A DNA stretch of 64,000 bases. Origin: Candidatus Marinacidobacterales bacterium. GTDB taxonomy: Bacteria > Acidobacteriota > Vicinamibacteria > Marinacidobacterales > DATDRI01. This document shows positions 1-9,954 of the stretch, one piece after another (the first letter of the stretch is position 1; every line of letters starts with the position of its first letter). The stretch spans positions 1,984,001-2,048,000 of the forward strand of contig OZ244742.1 in NCBI GenBank assembly GCA_965219415.1, given 5' to 3'. A program made the translations under genes and the position numbers. The notes under the pieces are model-generated. The model did no database searches. It worked only from the letters and a program-made list of their open reading frames with translations, and was not told where the DNA came from.

Positions 1-120
1 TGAGATTTCGAACAGCGGCTCATCTCGTTCCACTTGATCGCCGGGCTTCTTGTACCATTTGGTGATCGTTCCCTCGGCGATGCTTTCGCCCATTTGAGGC
101 ATGATGATCGGTGTCGCCAT
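1..120 (-). CDS. 2-oxoacid dehydrogenase E2 (dihydrolipoamide acyltransferase), N-terminal lipoyl domain; runs off window edge
   Basis: Manual translation from ATG at 120: MATPIIMPQMGESIAEGTITKWYKKPGDQVERDEPLFEIS, a typical lipoyl-domain start; lies directly downstream of E1beta. Confidence 0.93.
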   Translation of the reverse strand, partial: MATPIIMPQMGESIAEGTITKWYKKPGDQVERDEPLFEIS

Positions 121-152
121 CGGTCCTGTTCCTCGCTTATTGTTTAGTAGGT

Positions 153-1127
153 TTAGTAGGCCGCCAGTTTGCGGGCCGCCTCGACCACGTCAGTCACTTG
201 CGGGATAAACGCATCCTCGAGCTCGGCGCTATAGGGGACCGGCGTATCCGGTGCGGTGATCCTAAGGATCGGACCATCCAGATCCTCGAAGACCTCTTCG
301 GAAATGACTGCGGAGATCTCGCCCGCCATCCCGCCGGTGCGGGTGTCTTCGTGGAGGATCATGGCTTTGTTGATCCGGCGTACCGATTCCAGGATCGTCT
401 CCCGATCGAGCGGCACCAAGCTCCTGAGGTCAATGACCTCGAGGTCGACTCCTTCTTTCTCCAAGACCTCTGCTGCCTCGAGGGCGACGTGCACCATCGC
501 TCCGTAGGTGATGAGGACGATGTCCTTGCCCACGCGGCGTACCGCCGCCTTTCCGATGGGCACCGTGAAATCGTCGCTCGGTAGCTCTTCCTTTATCCTC
601 CGATAAAGATACTTATGCTCCAGGTACAGTACCGGATCCTCGTCCCGCACCGCAGACTTCATCAACCCCTTCGCATCGTGCACGGTGGCCGGCGCCACTA
701 CCTTCAGCCCGGGTGTGTGAACGAAGTGCATCTCGGGATTCTGAGAGTGAAACGGTCCCGCTCGCACGCCGCCACCCGCCGGACCACGTAGCACGATAGG
801 AACACCCGCTCCCCAACGGTATCGACTCTTGGCGGCAAAATTAGTGATCATGTTGAAGGCATTGGCGATGAAATCGATGAACTGAAACTCTACGATCGGT
901 CGCAAACCCATGTAGGCGGCGCCAATCGCAACGCCGGTGTACCCTTCTTCACTAATCGGTGTGTCGATCACCCGATCTCCACCGAACTTGTCGAGAAAAC
1001 CCTTGGTCACCTTGAACGCACCACCGTAGACCCCGATGTCTTCACCTAGAATGAGAACGCGCTCGTCGCGCTCCATCTCCTCCCACATCGCTTGACGGAT
1101 CGCTTCGAGGTACGTGATTTCGGCCAT
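153..1127 (-). CDS. 2-oxoacid dehydrogenase E1 beta subunit
   Basis: GEDIGVYGG, DTPISE (catalytic Glu), GPFHSQ and DLRSLVPLD motifs. Confidence 0.96.
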   Translation of the reverse strand: MAEITYLEAIRQAMWEEMERDERVLILGEDIGVYGGAFKVTKGFLDKFGGDRVIDTPISEEGYTGVAIGAAYMGLRPIVEFQFIDFIANAFNMITNFAAKSRYRWGAGVPIVLRGPAGGGVRAGPFHSQNPEMHFVHTPGLKVVAPATVHDAKGLMKSAVRDEDPVLYLEHKYLYRRIKEELPSDDFTVPIGKAAVRRVGKDIVLITYGAMVHVALEAAEVLEKEGVDLEVIDLRSLVPLDRETILESVRRINKAMILHEDTRTGGMAGEISAVISEEVFEDLDGPILRITAPDTPVPYSAELEDAFIPQVTDVVEAARKLAAY

Positions 1128-1130
1128 GAT

Positions 1131-2174
1131 CTAGTTGGAACTGCTTTCTACCGAAGTCGACGTGTGATGAAAGACCTGGTCACTTCCCGGCGCACCCCCC
1201 GTAAGCATTGACGCGGGCTCCTGCTCGGCCCGGGCGACATCCTCCGCAATGACACTCGCGACCCGCGCGAGAATGACCTCTTGCTCCTCGCGTTGGATTT
1301 GAGCGTGCTCGCCGAGAAAGGCCTCAAACTGCTCCACCGGATCGCTCAATTCGTCATCCTCCGGCGCCATTTTCTGCTCGTCGTCATCGTCGTTAGCGGC
1401 GCCAGCTTCGCCCTGCAGGGGAAAGACATCCTCGCGCATGCTGAATCGGGATCGACCGGCTGTGCTAGCTTCGATCAGAGACGGCCCCTTTCCGGATCGC
1501 CCGCGTTCCACCGCTGCGTCTACGACCTGTAACACCTGCAGCACGTCGTTTCCGTCTACCATGACCGTGGGTAGGCCGTAAGCCTTTAGCCGCTCGTAGT
1601 GGTTCCGACCGGCAGGTGCGTGAGTGGCCGGTGCACGCAAACCGACAGGTTTTTTTTCGACCACCACCACCAGCGGAACCTCATGCACCGCCGCGAAATT
1701 GAGACCCTCGTGAAAATCACCGGTGGCCACCGCCCGGTCGCTCACCATCGCAAGTGCTACCGAATCCTTCTTCTGCATCTTGGCGGCATAGCCTATACCG
1801 GCCATGCCCCCCAAGTGCGTGGCCAGGTGTCCGCTCGGCCCTACCAGTCCCCGCTCCAAGTCCCCAAACTGTATCGAGCCATCGCGACCATGTGTCGGAC
1901 TCGACTGCTTCCCCATGAAGTGCGAAAGGATCTCGTAAGGACGAACTCCACGCGCGAGCAGGGCGCCATTAGTGGGAATCGCGGAGGAGAAGAAGTCACG
2001 GGCCTCCAAAGGGTAGGCTGCTCCTAAACCGAGAGCCTCCTGTCCGGTGCTAATGGGAAGCGTGCCCACCAGTTTCCCGGCGCGGAAGAGTCGAACCAGC
2101 TCTTCCTCGAGGCTGCGATTGAGCTTCAGGAAATAGTAAAGCTCATGAAGTTGTTGCTTTCCAAACCTCGACAT
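1131..2174 (-). CDS. 2-oxoacid dehydrogenase E1 alpha-like subunit with degenerate ThDP-binding motifs
   Basis: GQEA, GRDGS, GDFHEGLNFAAV, VDGNDV and GPSLIEA retained; GDG replaced by SDR, NN by KK, and the RxxGH loop is absent. Confidence 0.88.
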   Translation of the reverse strand: MSRFGKQQLHELYYFLKLNRSLEEELVRLFRAGKLVGTLPISTGQEALGLGAAYPLEARDFFSSAIPTNGALLARGVRPYEILSHFMGKQSSPTHGRDGSIQFGDLERGLVGPSGHLATHLGGMAGIGYAAKMQKKDSVALAMVSDRAVATGDFHEGLNFAAVHEVPLVVVVEKKPVGLRAPATHAPAGRNHYERLKAYGLPTVMVDGNDVLQVLQVVDAAVERGRSGKGPSLIEASTAGRSRFSMREDVFPLQGEAGAANDDDDEQKMAPEDDELSDPVEQFEAFLGEHAQIQREEQEVILARVASVIAEDVARAEQEPASMLTGGAPGSDQVFHHTSTSVESSSN

Positions 2175-2853
2175 GAGATTCCTGGAGAAGGTTCTCGGAC
2201 GTGCCGGCGAGCATCATTCTGTCGAAGACCCGCCCGAAATCGGAGCACAGTGCATCGGCCACCTCAAGGGCTGGCACCGTACCCCCCAGCACACTTTGCA
2301 TCGAAGCGACTTCGCGGCCGACGATACCACACGGGACGATGCGATTGAAGTAGCTGAGATCGGTGGTGACGTTGAGAGCGAAACCATGGGATGTCACCCA
2401 TCGCGAAACCCGCACGCCGATAGCGGCGAGCTTTCCTTGCTCGTGCCAAACGCCGGTTAAGCCCTGTTGACGCCGTCCCTCGATCCCGAAGCGGGCGACG
2501 GTGCGGATGAGCACTTCCTCGAGCCGCCTCAAATAGACATGGGCGTCGGGCTGGGACTCCTTGAGATCCAGGATCGGGTAGCCCACGAGCTGACCATGAC
2601 CGTGGAACGTGATATCGCCTCCCCGGTCGGTGAGGACGAACGTGGCGCCCAGCCGCTCTAGCTCGCGCTCGTCTGCGAGCAGGTGCTCTCTCTTTCCGCC
2701 CCGCCCCAGGGTGTACGTGGGCGGATGCTCGACGAGAAGAAGAACATCTGGAATATCGCCAGTCTGGCGGCGTTTTACGAATTGGCGCTGAAGGTCCCAG
2801 ACCTCGTGATAACTCCGACGGCCTAGATCGATCCGCCAACAGAGCTTAGGCAT
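2143..2853 (-). CDS. lipB: lipoyl(octanoyl) transferase
   Basis: LLVEHPPTYTLGR, RGGDITFHG, SHGFALN and IVPCGI motifs. Confidence 0.96.
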   Translation of the reverse strand: MPKLCWRIDLGRRSYHEVWDLQRQFVKRRQTGDIPDVLLLVEHPPTYTLGRGGKREHLLADERELERLGATFVLTDRGGDITFHGHGQLVGYPILDLKESQPDAHVYLRRLEEVLIRTVARFGIEGRRQQGLTGVWHEQGKLAAIGVRVSRWVTSHGFALNVTTDLSYFNRIVPCGIVGREVASMQSVLGGTVPALEVADALCSDFGRVFDRMMLAGTSENLLQESHVEVWKATTS

Positions 2854-4249
2854 GAATCGGCAGATCCTCAGCAGCGTGCGCCGCTTCCATGACGGACTCC
2901 GAAAGCGTCGGGTGTGCGTGAACCGCGCGCATCAGCGACTCGGCGGTGGCTTCGTGCTCGAGGGCCACCACCGCCTCCGCAATGAGATCTGTGGCGTGTG
3001 GCCCAATGATGTGAACTCCGAGCAGCTCGTCGTATTTCGCTTCGCTGACGATCTTCACGAACCCTTCACGTTCTTCCAAGATGCTGGCCTTGCTGTTGGC
3101 GGCAAAAGGAAACCGACCGACTCGGACGTCGTAACCTCTTTCTTGGGCGGTGGCCTCGGTGATCCCGACACTCGCCACCTCAGGCGAACAGTAGGTGGCG
3201 CTCGGCATGTGCCCGTAGTTCATGGGCCGCACCTCGCGGCCGGCGATCTTCTCGACCGCGAGAATGCCTTCCGCCGAACCCACATGCGCCAGTTGTTGCG
3301 ATGGAACAATGTCGCCGATGGCGAACACGTGTCTCGCAGACGTCTCCATGAAACCATTGACCGGAATAAAGTCTCTTTCCGTTTCGATGCCGACCCGCTC
3401 CAATCCGATCCCTTCGGTTCTCGGCTTCCGACCGACGGCCACGAGAAGCTTCTCGACGGTGCGGACCCCTGCCTTCCCGTCCGGTCCGGTGAAGCTGACG
3501 GTCACTGCGTTTCCTTCGTTCTTGACGGATTCCACCGTTGTTCCGGCAAGTGTCTCGATGCCCCGTTTCTTGAAGGACTCTGCCAAAGCGTCCGAGATCT
3601 CCTCGTCTTCGACCGGCAAGATGCGCGGCAACATCTCGATCAGCGTCACCTCGGTGCCGAAGCTAGAGAACATCGAAGCAAACTCAACGCCTACCGCTCC
3701 GGCGCCGATGACCGCGAGCGACTTCGGCTGTGCCGGTAGGGACAGTATTTCGGTATTGGTAAGAATGTTCTGGCCGTCGATCTCCATGCCAGGGAGACTT
3801 CGAGCTTCGGATCCGGTCGCAACAATAATGTTGCGCGCGTAGACCGTCTGGACGCCCTCGGCTCCTTTGATCTCAACCTTGCCCGCACCGGCAATTGCGC
3901 CAAAGCCCTTGACCGTCTCGACCTTGTTCTTCTTTAGAAGGAAACCAACTCCTCCGGAGAGCCTCTTGACGACTCTCTCCTTGCGTTTCTGGAGCGCCGC
4001 CCAATCGAGGCGAACATTCTCCACCACCACACCGAAATCCCGCGCGCGCTTGAGCTGGTCCAAAAGGTCCGCGGTATGAAGGAGCGCCTTGGTGGGTATG
4101 CAACCCACGTGAAGACAGGTCCCTCCGAAGACACCGTCCTTCTCCACCACCATCGTTTTGAGACCCAGCTGTCCGGCCCGAATCGCAGCCACGTAGCCGC
4201 CGGGGCCGCTCCCGATCACCACCACGTCGATCACTGTTTCTTGCGCCAT
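2846..4249 (-). CDS. lpdA: dihydrolipoyl dehydrogenase (E3)
   Basis: GSGPGG, GGTCLHVGCIP redox disulfide, GAGAVG and HAHPTLSE motifs. Confidence 0.98.
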   Translation of the reverse strand: MAQETVIDVVVIGSGPGGYVAAIRAGQLGLKTMVVEKDGVFGGTCLHVGCIPTKALLHTADLLDQLKRARDFGVVVENVRLDWAALQKRKERVVKRLSGGVGFLLKKNKVETVKGFGAIAGAGKVEIKGAEGVQTVYARNIIVATGSEARSLPGMEIDGQNILTNTEILSLPAQPKSLAVIGAGAVGVEFASMFSSFGTEVTLIEMLPRILPVEDEEISDALAESFKKRGIETLAGTTVESVKNEGNAVTVSFTGPDGKAGVRTVEKLLVAVGRKPRTEGIGLERVGIETERDFIPVNGFMETSARHVFAIGDIVPSQQLAHVGSAEGILAVEKIAGREVRPMNYGHMPSATYCSPEVASVGITEATAQERGYDVRVGRFPFAANSKASILEEREGFVKIVSEAKYDELLGVHIIGPHATDLIAEAVVALEHEATAESLMRAVHAHPTLSESVMEAAHAAEDLPIHA

Positions 4250-4811
4250 ACTACTCGTCCTTATCTTAGTGCTCGCTCGCTGGCCCTCGCTCTTCCATCA
4301 ATGGCGCGGGGCCTCACCGCTGCCTGGCGAAGTCGACTAGTGGCACCGACCTCTTTGGGCAGCCGACACGAGCGAGCCGGCGGCCCTCACGGGCCGCTCC
4401 TCTCCTGCTCACTTGCGGGCCTATTTCTCTTTTTGTTCTTTTCAGAGTTGGGCTTTTTTCGCCCTAGCACCCTTCGATACGCCGGATCCCTCCAAGGACC
4501 TGACAGGGTTGATCTTTTGGCGCCCGGCGGGCAGTTTACCCCCGCCTGGCGGCTCCAGGCAACAGAAAAGCGGCTTTTTGGAGGGACACGGTCGGTATTT
4601 AAGAAATCCATTGCACCGACCGGCCCCTGTGTTAAACTACCACTTAGCCTGTCCGTGGGCATCTACGCCGTTTTGCTGGGCTTATACGACTCACTCGCCC
4701 CTAAGACCAGACTAGAGCCGGATGGAGATAGACCTCGAAGTGATACCTGCTTTTCCATCCTTCGAAGTTGCCCGAGAACGAGCGGTCGACGGACCCGAAA
4801 CAAGTGAAATC

Positions 4812-6290
4812 ATGAGGACCTATAAGAACTTCGTTGGGGGAAAGTTTGTGCCCTCCGAAAGCACGAAAAAAGTGCCCAACGAAAACCCTTCCGACACGAC
4901 CGACGTGCTCGGGGAGGTAGTCCTCTCTACTCGCGAGGAAGCGCGTCGAGCCATCGAAGTGGCGGCGGAAGCCTATCCGGAGTGGCGGGCGACCCCGGCT
5001 CCGGTTCGCGGCAGGATGGTATCGCGTGCCGGCCAGATTCTGAGAGACAGCAAAGATTCCATGGCAGAGCTCATTTGCCGCGAAGAGGGCAAGACCGTGG
5101 CGGAGGCCGGAGGAGAGATCCTGCGCTCCATCAACGTGTTGGAGTTCAACGGCAGTCAGGCCGCCCGGATGAGCGGTGAGACCATCCCCTCGGAACTTCC
5201 GAACAATCTCATTTACACCATGCGTCAGCCACTCGGGGTCGTGGGAACCATCACGCCCTGGAACTTTCCGCTCGCGATTCCGGCCTGGAAGATCGCTCCG
5301 GCCCTTGTCGCGGGCAACACCGTGGTCTTCAAGCCGGCCACCTTGACGGTAGAAACGGCGACGCGATTGGTGGAGATCTTGACCGAGGCGGGAATCCCTC
5401 CCGGCGTTCTAAATATGGTCATCGGGTCAGGGAGCGATGTCGGCGACGAAATCGTCATGAATCCGTCCGTCCGCGCGGTCTCGTTCACGGGATCGAATCC
5501 GGTGGGTGTGAAGCTTTATGAGCAGGGCAGCCGGCGCGGACTGCGCGTCCAGTGCGAGATGGGCGGAAAGAACCCGATCGTAGTGCTCGAGGACGCCGAC
5601 CTCGATCTAGCCGTTGCCTGCGCTGCCAGCGGGGCCTTTGGCTCCTCCGGCCAGCGGTGCACTGCCACCAGTCGGGCGGTGGTCGTCGAGAAGATTGCCG
5701 ACGCCTTTGTCGAAAAGCTGGTGGAGAAAACCAAGACCCTCCGCGTCGGCCGTAGCGACGACGCCGCGACCGGCGTCGGACCTTTGGTGGACAAGCATCA
5801 GTATGATTCGGTACTCGGCTACATCCGTAGCGGCCGCGAAGAAGGCGCCGAGCTCGTATATGGCGGTGGTAAGGCCGGCGGACCCGGCCTCGAAAACGGT
5901 TTCTACGTCGAGCCCACTATCTTCGACAAGACGACCCCCGAGATGAAGATCATCCAGGAAGAAATTTTCGGGCCGGTGCTCTCGATTCAGCGAGTAAAGA
6001 ACTTCGATGAAGCCCTTGAAGTAGCGAACTCGGTTCCCTTCGGTTTGGCCTCCTCGATTTTCACCAGTGACACGTCGAAGAGTCTCCGTTTCGTGGATGC
6101 AATCGGAACGGGTATCACCCACGTCAATTCTCCCACCACCGGTGGCGAGGCCCAGGTGCCGTTCGGCGGTATCAAGGCCACGGGAATCGGCGACCGAGAG
6201 CAAGGTTCCACTACTCTTGATTTCTACACTGAGGTCAAGGTGGTTTACGTTGACTATACCGGTACCAAGCGTACCGGCCATTTGTACTGA
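4812..6290 (+). CDS. NAD(P)-dependent aldehyde dehydrogenase
   Basis: ITPWNFP, FTGS, EMGGKNP, GQRCT, EEIFGPV and PFGG motifs; ATG at 4812 (MRTYKNFVGG) preferred over 4722. Confidence 0.95.
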   Translation: MRTYKNFVGGKFVPSESTKKVPNENPSDTTDVLGEVVLSTREEARRAIEVAAEAYPEWRATPAPVRGRMVSRAGQILRDSKDSMAELICREEGKTVAEAGGEILRSINVLEFNGSQAARMSGETIPSELPNNLIYTMRQPLGVVGTITPWNFPLAIPAWKIAPALVAGNTVVFKPATLTVETATRLVEILTEAGIPPGVLNMVIGSGSDVGDEIVMNPSVRAVSFTGSNPVGVKLYEQGSRRGLRVQCEMGGKNPIVVLEDADLDLAVACAASGAFGSSGQRCTATSRAVVVEKIADAFVEKLVEKTKTLRVGRSDDAATGVGPLVDKHQYDSVLGYIRSGREEGAELVYGGGKAGGPGLENGFYVEPTIFDKTTPEMKIIQEEIFGPVLSIQRVKNFDEALEVANSVPFGLASSIFTSDTSKSLRFVDAIGTGITHVNSPTTGGEAQVPFGGIKATGIGDREQGSTTLDFYTEVKVVYVDYTGTKRTGHLY

Positions 6291-6297
6291 GGTTGGA

Positions 6298-6972
6298 TTG
6301 GGAAGCAGGAGAGAACTAAAGAAATCGAAACCGCGGGTCGCGTCGGGTCGAACGAGAACCACCGCATCGAGTCGAACGAGGTCCAAGTCGAAAACCAAGT
6401 CCGCGACGGCGCTACGGCGAACCCGCACCAAGCGGGTGCGCCCCAAGCATTTGAAGGCGGTCCAGGCGGTGAAGAGTGCGCCCAAGAGCGCCTCGGCTCC
6501 GCCCCCGAAGCTTGTGCCCGTCCCCTTCCCTGAGGGGTTTCGTCCCCAGAAGGCGCCAGAGTCGAACGAGAAATCGGCTCACCTGGAGAAGCTGAAGCAA
6601 CTTTTCGAGGGCGCCCCGATCAGCCATGCCCTGGGCATGACGCTCGGGTACTGCGAAAACGGCGTAGCACGGGTCCGTTTGCCGTTCCGCAAGGAGTTCG
6701 AAGAGGGCCACGGGGTCATACACGGTGGCTTGATCGGTCTACTGGCAGACACCGCCGGCAATTACGCGGTCGGCTCGGTGTCCCCGGGCTCCACCGTCAA
6801 GACGGTCGAGTTCAAGATAAGCCTCTTGGCCGGAGTTCAGGGCGATCTCTTGGCCATCGGGGAAGTCGTCCGCAAGGGAAGAACGCTGGCCACTTGCCGG
6901 TTGGAAGTCGTGGAAGGAAATGATCGCGTCGTGGCGATCGGCTTGGCCACCTACGCACTCCAAGCGGTGTAG
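6298..6972 (+). CDS. PaaI-family (hotdog) thioesterase with a basic N-terminal extension
   Basis: GVIHGGLIGLLADTAG and TVEFKISLL motifs; start uncertain (TTG at 6298 follows GAGG at the end of the aldehyde dehydrogenase gene). Confidence 0.8.
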   Translation: MGSRRELKKSKPRVASGRTRTTASSRTRSKSKTKSATALRRTRTKRVRPKHLKAVQAVKSAPKSASAPPPKLVPVPFPEGFRPQKAPESNEKSAHLEKLKQLFEGAPISHALGMTLGYCENGVARVRLPFRKEFEEGHGVIHGGLIGLLADTAGNYAVGSVSPGSTVKTVEFKISLLAGVQGDLLAIGEVVRKGRTLATCRLEVVEGNDRVVAIGLATYALQAV

Positions 6973-7022
6973 ACGCCGCGGAGACTCTTTCTTCGCGGTG
7001 CCGTACGTAGGTGGGGACCCGC

Positions 7023-7814
7023 CTACGGCTTCTCCAGCGTGCCCACGAATTCCCACATCTCCTCGAACAACATTTCTTTGTGATCGGTCAACCGATGATC
7101 TCCTTCGTCGATGAGTGTGAGCCTCGATACCTCGACCTTCTGAGTGAAGTTTTTGGAGAGTCGATGGGGGACAGCTTCATCATGAGTGCCGTGTAGAATG
7201 AGTGTCGGCGTCTTGAGCTTCCTCACTAGGGTCGCAATGGGATAGTGGGCTTCGTCTTCGACGAACCCATAACCCAAGTCGAACTCGGCGCTCTCGGTGA
7301 CCAAATGGGTCTTCCCCTCCTCCCGCCACTTCTGCGCCTTGCCGCGCCCTAGAGCCAAGAGGAGACGACCGGCCATTTCGAACGCGGGGGCCACCACGAG
7401 GTTGGCGGCGATCTTCCCCGGGTTGAGCGCCGAGTACCAAAGTGCAGTGAGCCCGCCCATCGAGGATCCGACGAGACACACCGAAGCGAACGGGCCTTCT
7501 TGTTCGACGAAACGAAGTCCCCGCTCGATATCGTGCAGGTTTCGGCTCAGGGACAAGCCAAGGAGCCCGCCTTCCGAGTCACCGTGTCCCGTGAGGTCCA
7601 GGCTGGCGAATGCCTCTCCTCGCCGCGCTACTTGGCGGGCGAAATACAGGGCCTTCTCGCCTCGTCGATTGGAGTTGAGCCCATGGACGAAGAACCAAAG
7701 CCGGGATGACTTGCTGGCCGCGGGAACGAAATCAAGGGCAAGCCTCGCCTCGTCGTCCCTATCGGGCTCGACCCAGCGAGGCGGGCTCTCCTTCATGGTC
7801 GGTTCAACGTCCAC
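7023..7814 (-). CDS. alpha/beta-fold hydrolase
   Basis: HG oxyanion motif, GSSMGG nucleophile elbow, HGTHDEAV and GDHRL. Confidence 0.9.
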   Translation of the reverse strand: MDVEPTMKESPPRWVEPDRDDEARLALDFVPAASKSSRLWFFVHGLNSNRRGEKALYFARQVARRGEAFASLDLTGHGDSEGGLLGLSLSRNLHDIERGLRFVEQEGPFASVCLVGSSMGGLTALWYSALNPGKIAANLVVAPAFEMAGRLLLALGRGKAQKWREEGKTHLVTESAEFDLGYGFVEDEAHYPIATLVRKLKTPTLILHGTHDEAVPHRLSKNFTQKVEVSRLTLIDEGDHRLTDHKEMLFEEMWEFVGTLEKP

Positions 7815-8029
7815 TTCGACTCCTTGAACTCACACGTTTCTAGTAGAAGACCAGAGTATCGGCACTTTGGAAACGGAACGACGGCACACGGAAAAGAAAC
7901 CGGATAACCTATTTGTAACGTGAGCTCTTGGCGGGGGTCAACGATCCCCGACTCGCCTTCGAAAACCTGCCGCGTCGAGCTCGTTCCTCAAACGATGTGG
8001 TTGCCTGGTAAGCGGGTCTCGCGTTGCGC

Positions 8030-8555
8030 CTACGCCTGCGGTGGGTCGGGTGGTGGCACTCTATCTCTCCGGCGGTTCCACCACCTTGCGACGACCGGCA
8101 AGAAGATGAGAATTAGAAGCCATCGCGAATGCTGCATCAGGGTTCTGCCGAAACCCACCGCGCTGGTCTTGACGTATTCCTGAGCTTCGGCGTCATTGGC
8201 GTGCTCGGCGATGGCGTGTCCCCCTAGCGCGTACTCTTTCGCGTAAGCTAGCACCGCCGAGCGCGCACTTCCAGCCAATGGCCATACCACCCATCGCGAG
8301 GTACCCGATCGCGAGCCCCCCAATCGCATAGCCTCCGATCGAGACACCCGCGAGCGAGATCAGGCCGAGACCGAACCCACCCAGAGCGATCCCACCGAAG
8401 GCAAGGCCCCCGACGGAGACGACACCGAAGGCGATGTCCCCGATGGCGATCCAGCCTCGCGCGACACCCCGCCGCACACGCCCGTCCACCATCTGTGCGG
8501 TACTCACATGGATAATCGGCAGACCGAGTATCGAGGCATTCGAGCGGTATTGCAT
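8030..8555 (-). pseudogene. Gly-rich membrane protein (GxxAxG repeats), frameshifted near 8250
   Basis: ORF 8193-8555 carries ARGWIAIGDIAFG...GGLAIG; coding sense continues in ORF 8030-8347 (AVLAYAKEYALGGHAIAEHAND... plus TM); GAGGAGG RBS upstream. Confidence 0.7.
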
Positions 8556-8583
8556 CGGTTCCTCCTCTTTAAGACTTCAGGGT

Positions 8584-9839
8584 CTACGCGGATTCGTGTG
8601 GGTTGGAAACTGCATTTCTGGGTAATGGCGGAAGGAAAGTCGCCACGATCTTCAGCTTGAGATATTCCTCGTCGCGATAGCCGTAGGCGCGTCGTTGCAG
8701 AACACGGATTTTGTTGTTGACCCCTTCAACTAGGCCGAGACTGACTTTGTTCTCCGGATGACAGTAGGAGGCGATACCATCCCAATGGGACTCAATCATA
8801 CCGGCGAACTTCTGGTACGGATGCAGGCGTTGCCATTTGAGGCTGTCTTTCCAACGAGTGAAAAAGGCGCGAGCGCCGCGTTCGGTGCGGTAACCCCAGA
8901 GTTGCCCGAAGGCCTCCTTCAAAATATAGGCGGTGTTCAGGCGCCGGTTGGCCTGGAGCAACTTTTTGAGTGCGCGGCGACCGTCTAGGCTCAGGTTCTC
9001 CCGCCGGGAAAGCAAAGTGTAACGCTGCCCCTTGATGTACGACCGGTCCTTGCCGCTGAGGCGTTTGTACTCACCGCGCCGGACCTCATCGAGGGCCTTT
9101 GACAGATGACGCATGATATGAAACTTGTCGGAGATGATCCGCGCATTAGGCGCGTTGTGAATCACCGAGTTCCGGAAGGGCTTCCACATATCCATGGCGG
9201 CCAGCTTGATACGGGCGCTTTTCTTTCCGCCCAGCGCCTTGAAGAACAAATCGATGTCGGTTTCTTTGCGACCCTCACCGCCCACCCAGATGGGACGCGC
9301 CCGCTCCAGGTCGCTGACAATGACGCGATAGTTATGTCCCTTGCGGATGGAGATCTCATCGACACCGATGGCCCGAGGCGCCGGTAGCCCCGCCCGGTCG
9401 ACCTGCTCTTGCATGTAGAGCGTATCCAGAGCCTTCACCGTACCGTGGTGCAGACGTTCCATCTCGGCCACCGCCTTGTTCGGCATATCCCGGCACAGCT
9501 TGCCCACATGCGTCGCAAAACGCTGGGTGTAGCGCGAGTTGTTCGCCAGCCAGTCTAGGTGTTCTACATGCACACCGCCGCACCCAGAACAGTTGACGCG
9601 CCAACGCTCGTATTCCAGATAGATCCGCCAGCCTGCCAACGACAGGTCGCGGACCCGGCACACTTGCTTGTCATAGCGCCCCCGGCACCGTTGCCCACAG
9701 TAAGAGCACACAGCTGTTTTTTTCGCCTCTTGAGCTGGATGACACGGGCGTATCGGTCACCGAATAGACCCTTCAATCCGGCACCAACCACGAAACCTGG
9801 CAGCGCAAACAGCGAGCGGATCGACTGGGAATTTTTCAC
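8584..9839 (-). CDS. ISL3 transposase in two overlapping frames joined at A-AAA-AAC (~9717-9723)
   Basis: CxxC zinc finger, IGVDE, AMDMW, DKFH, EGVNNKI and RRAYGYR motifs; the N-terminal frame 9564-9839 reads ...QLKRRKK at the slippery site. Confidence 0.92.
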
Positions 9840-9954
9840 TCGGTTAGCCTATCCTAAAAATGGACCACTTTTCAGCACCTGATGAAGTACTCGATACCTT
9901 TTCCACACAATGAGTTACACTGTTTTTCCGTCAGAACTTACCCACACGAAGTCG

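Noticed and set aside
4250-4811. Long lpdA / aldehyde dehydrogenase intergenic region as an ncRNA or small gene (ORFs 4387-4662, 4413-4715)
   Set aside because: It has GC-rich stems and GCTCGCTCGC-type motifs, but no recognisable RNA family, RBS or protein motif.
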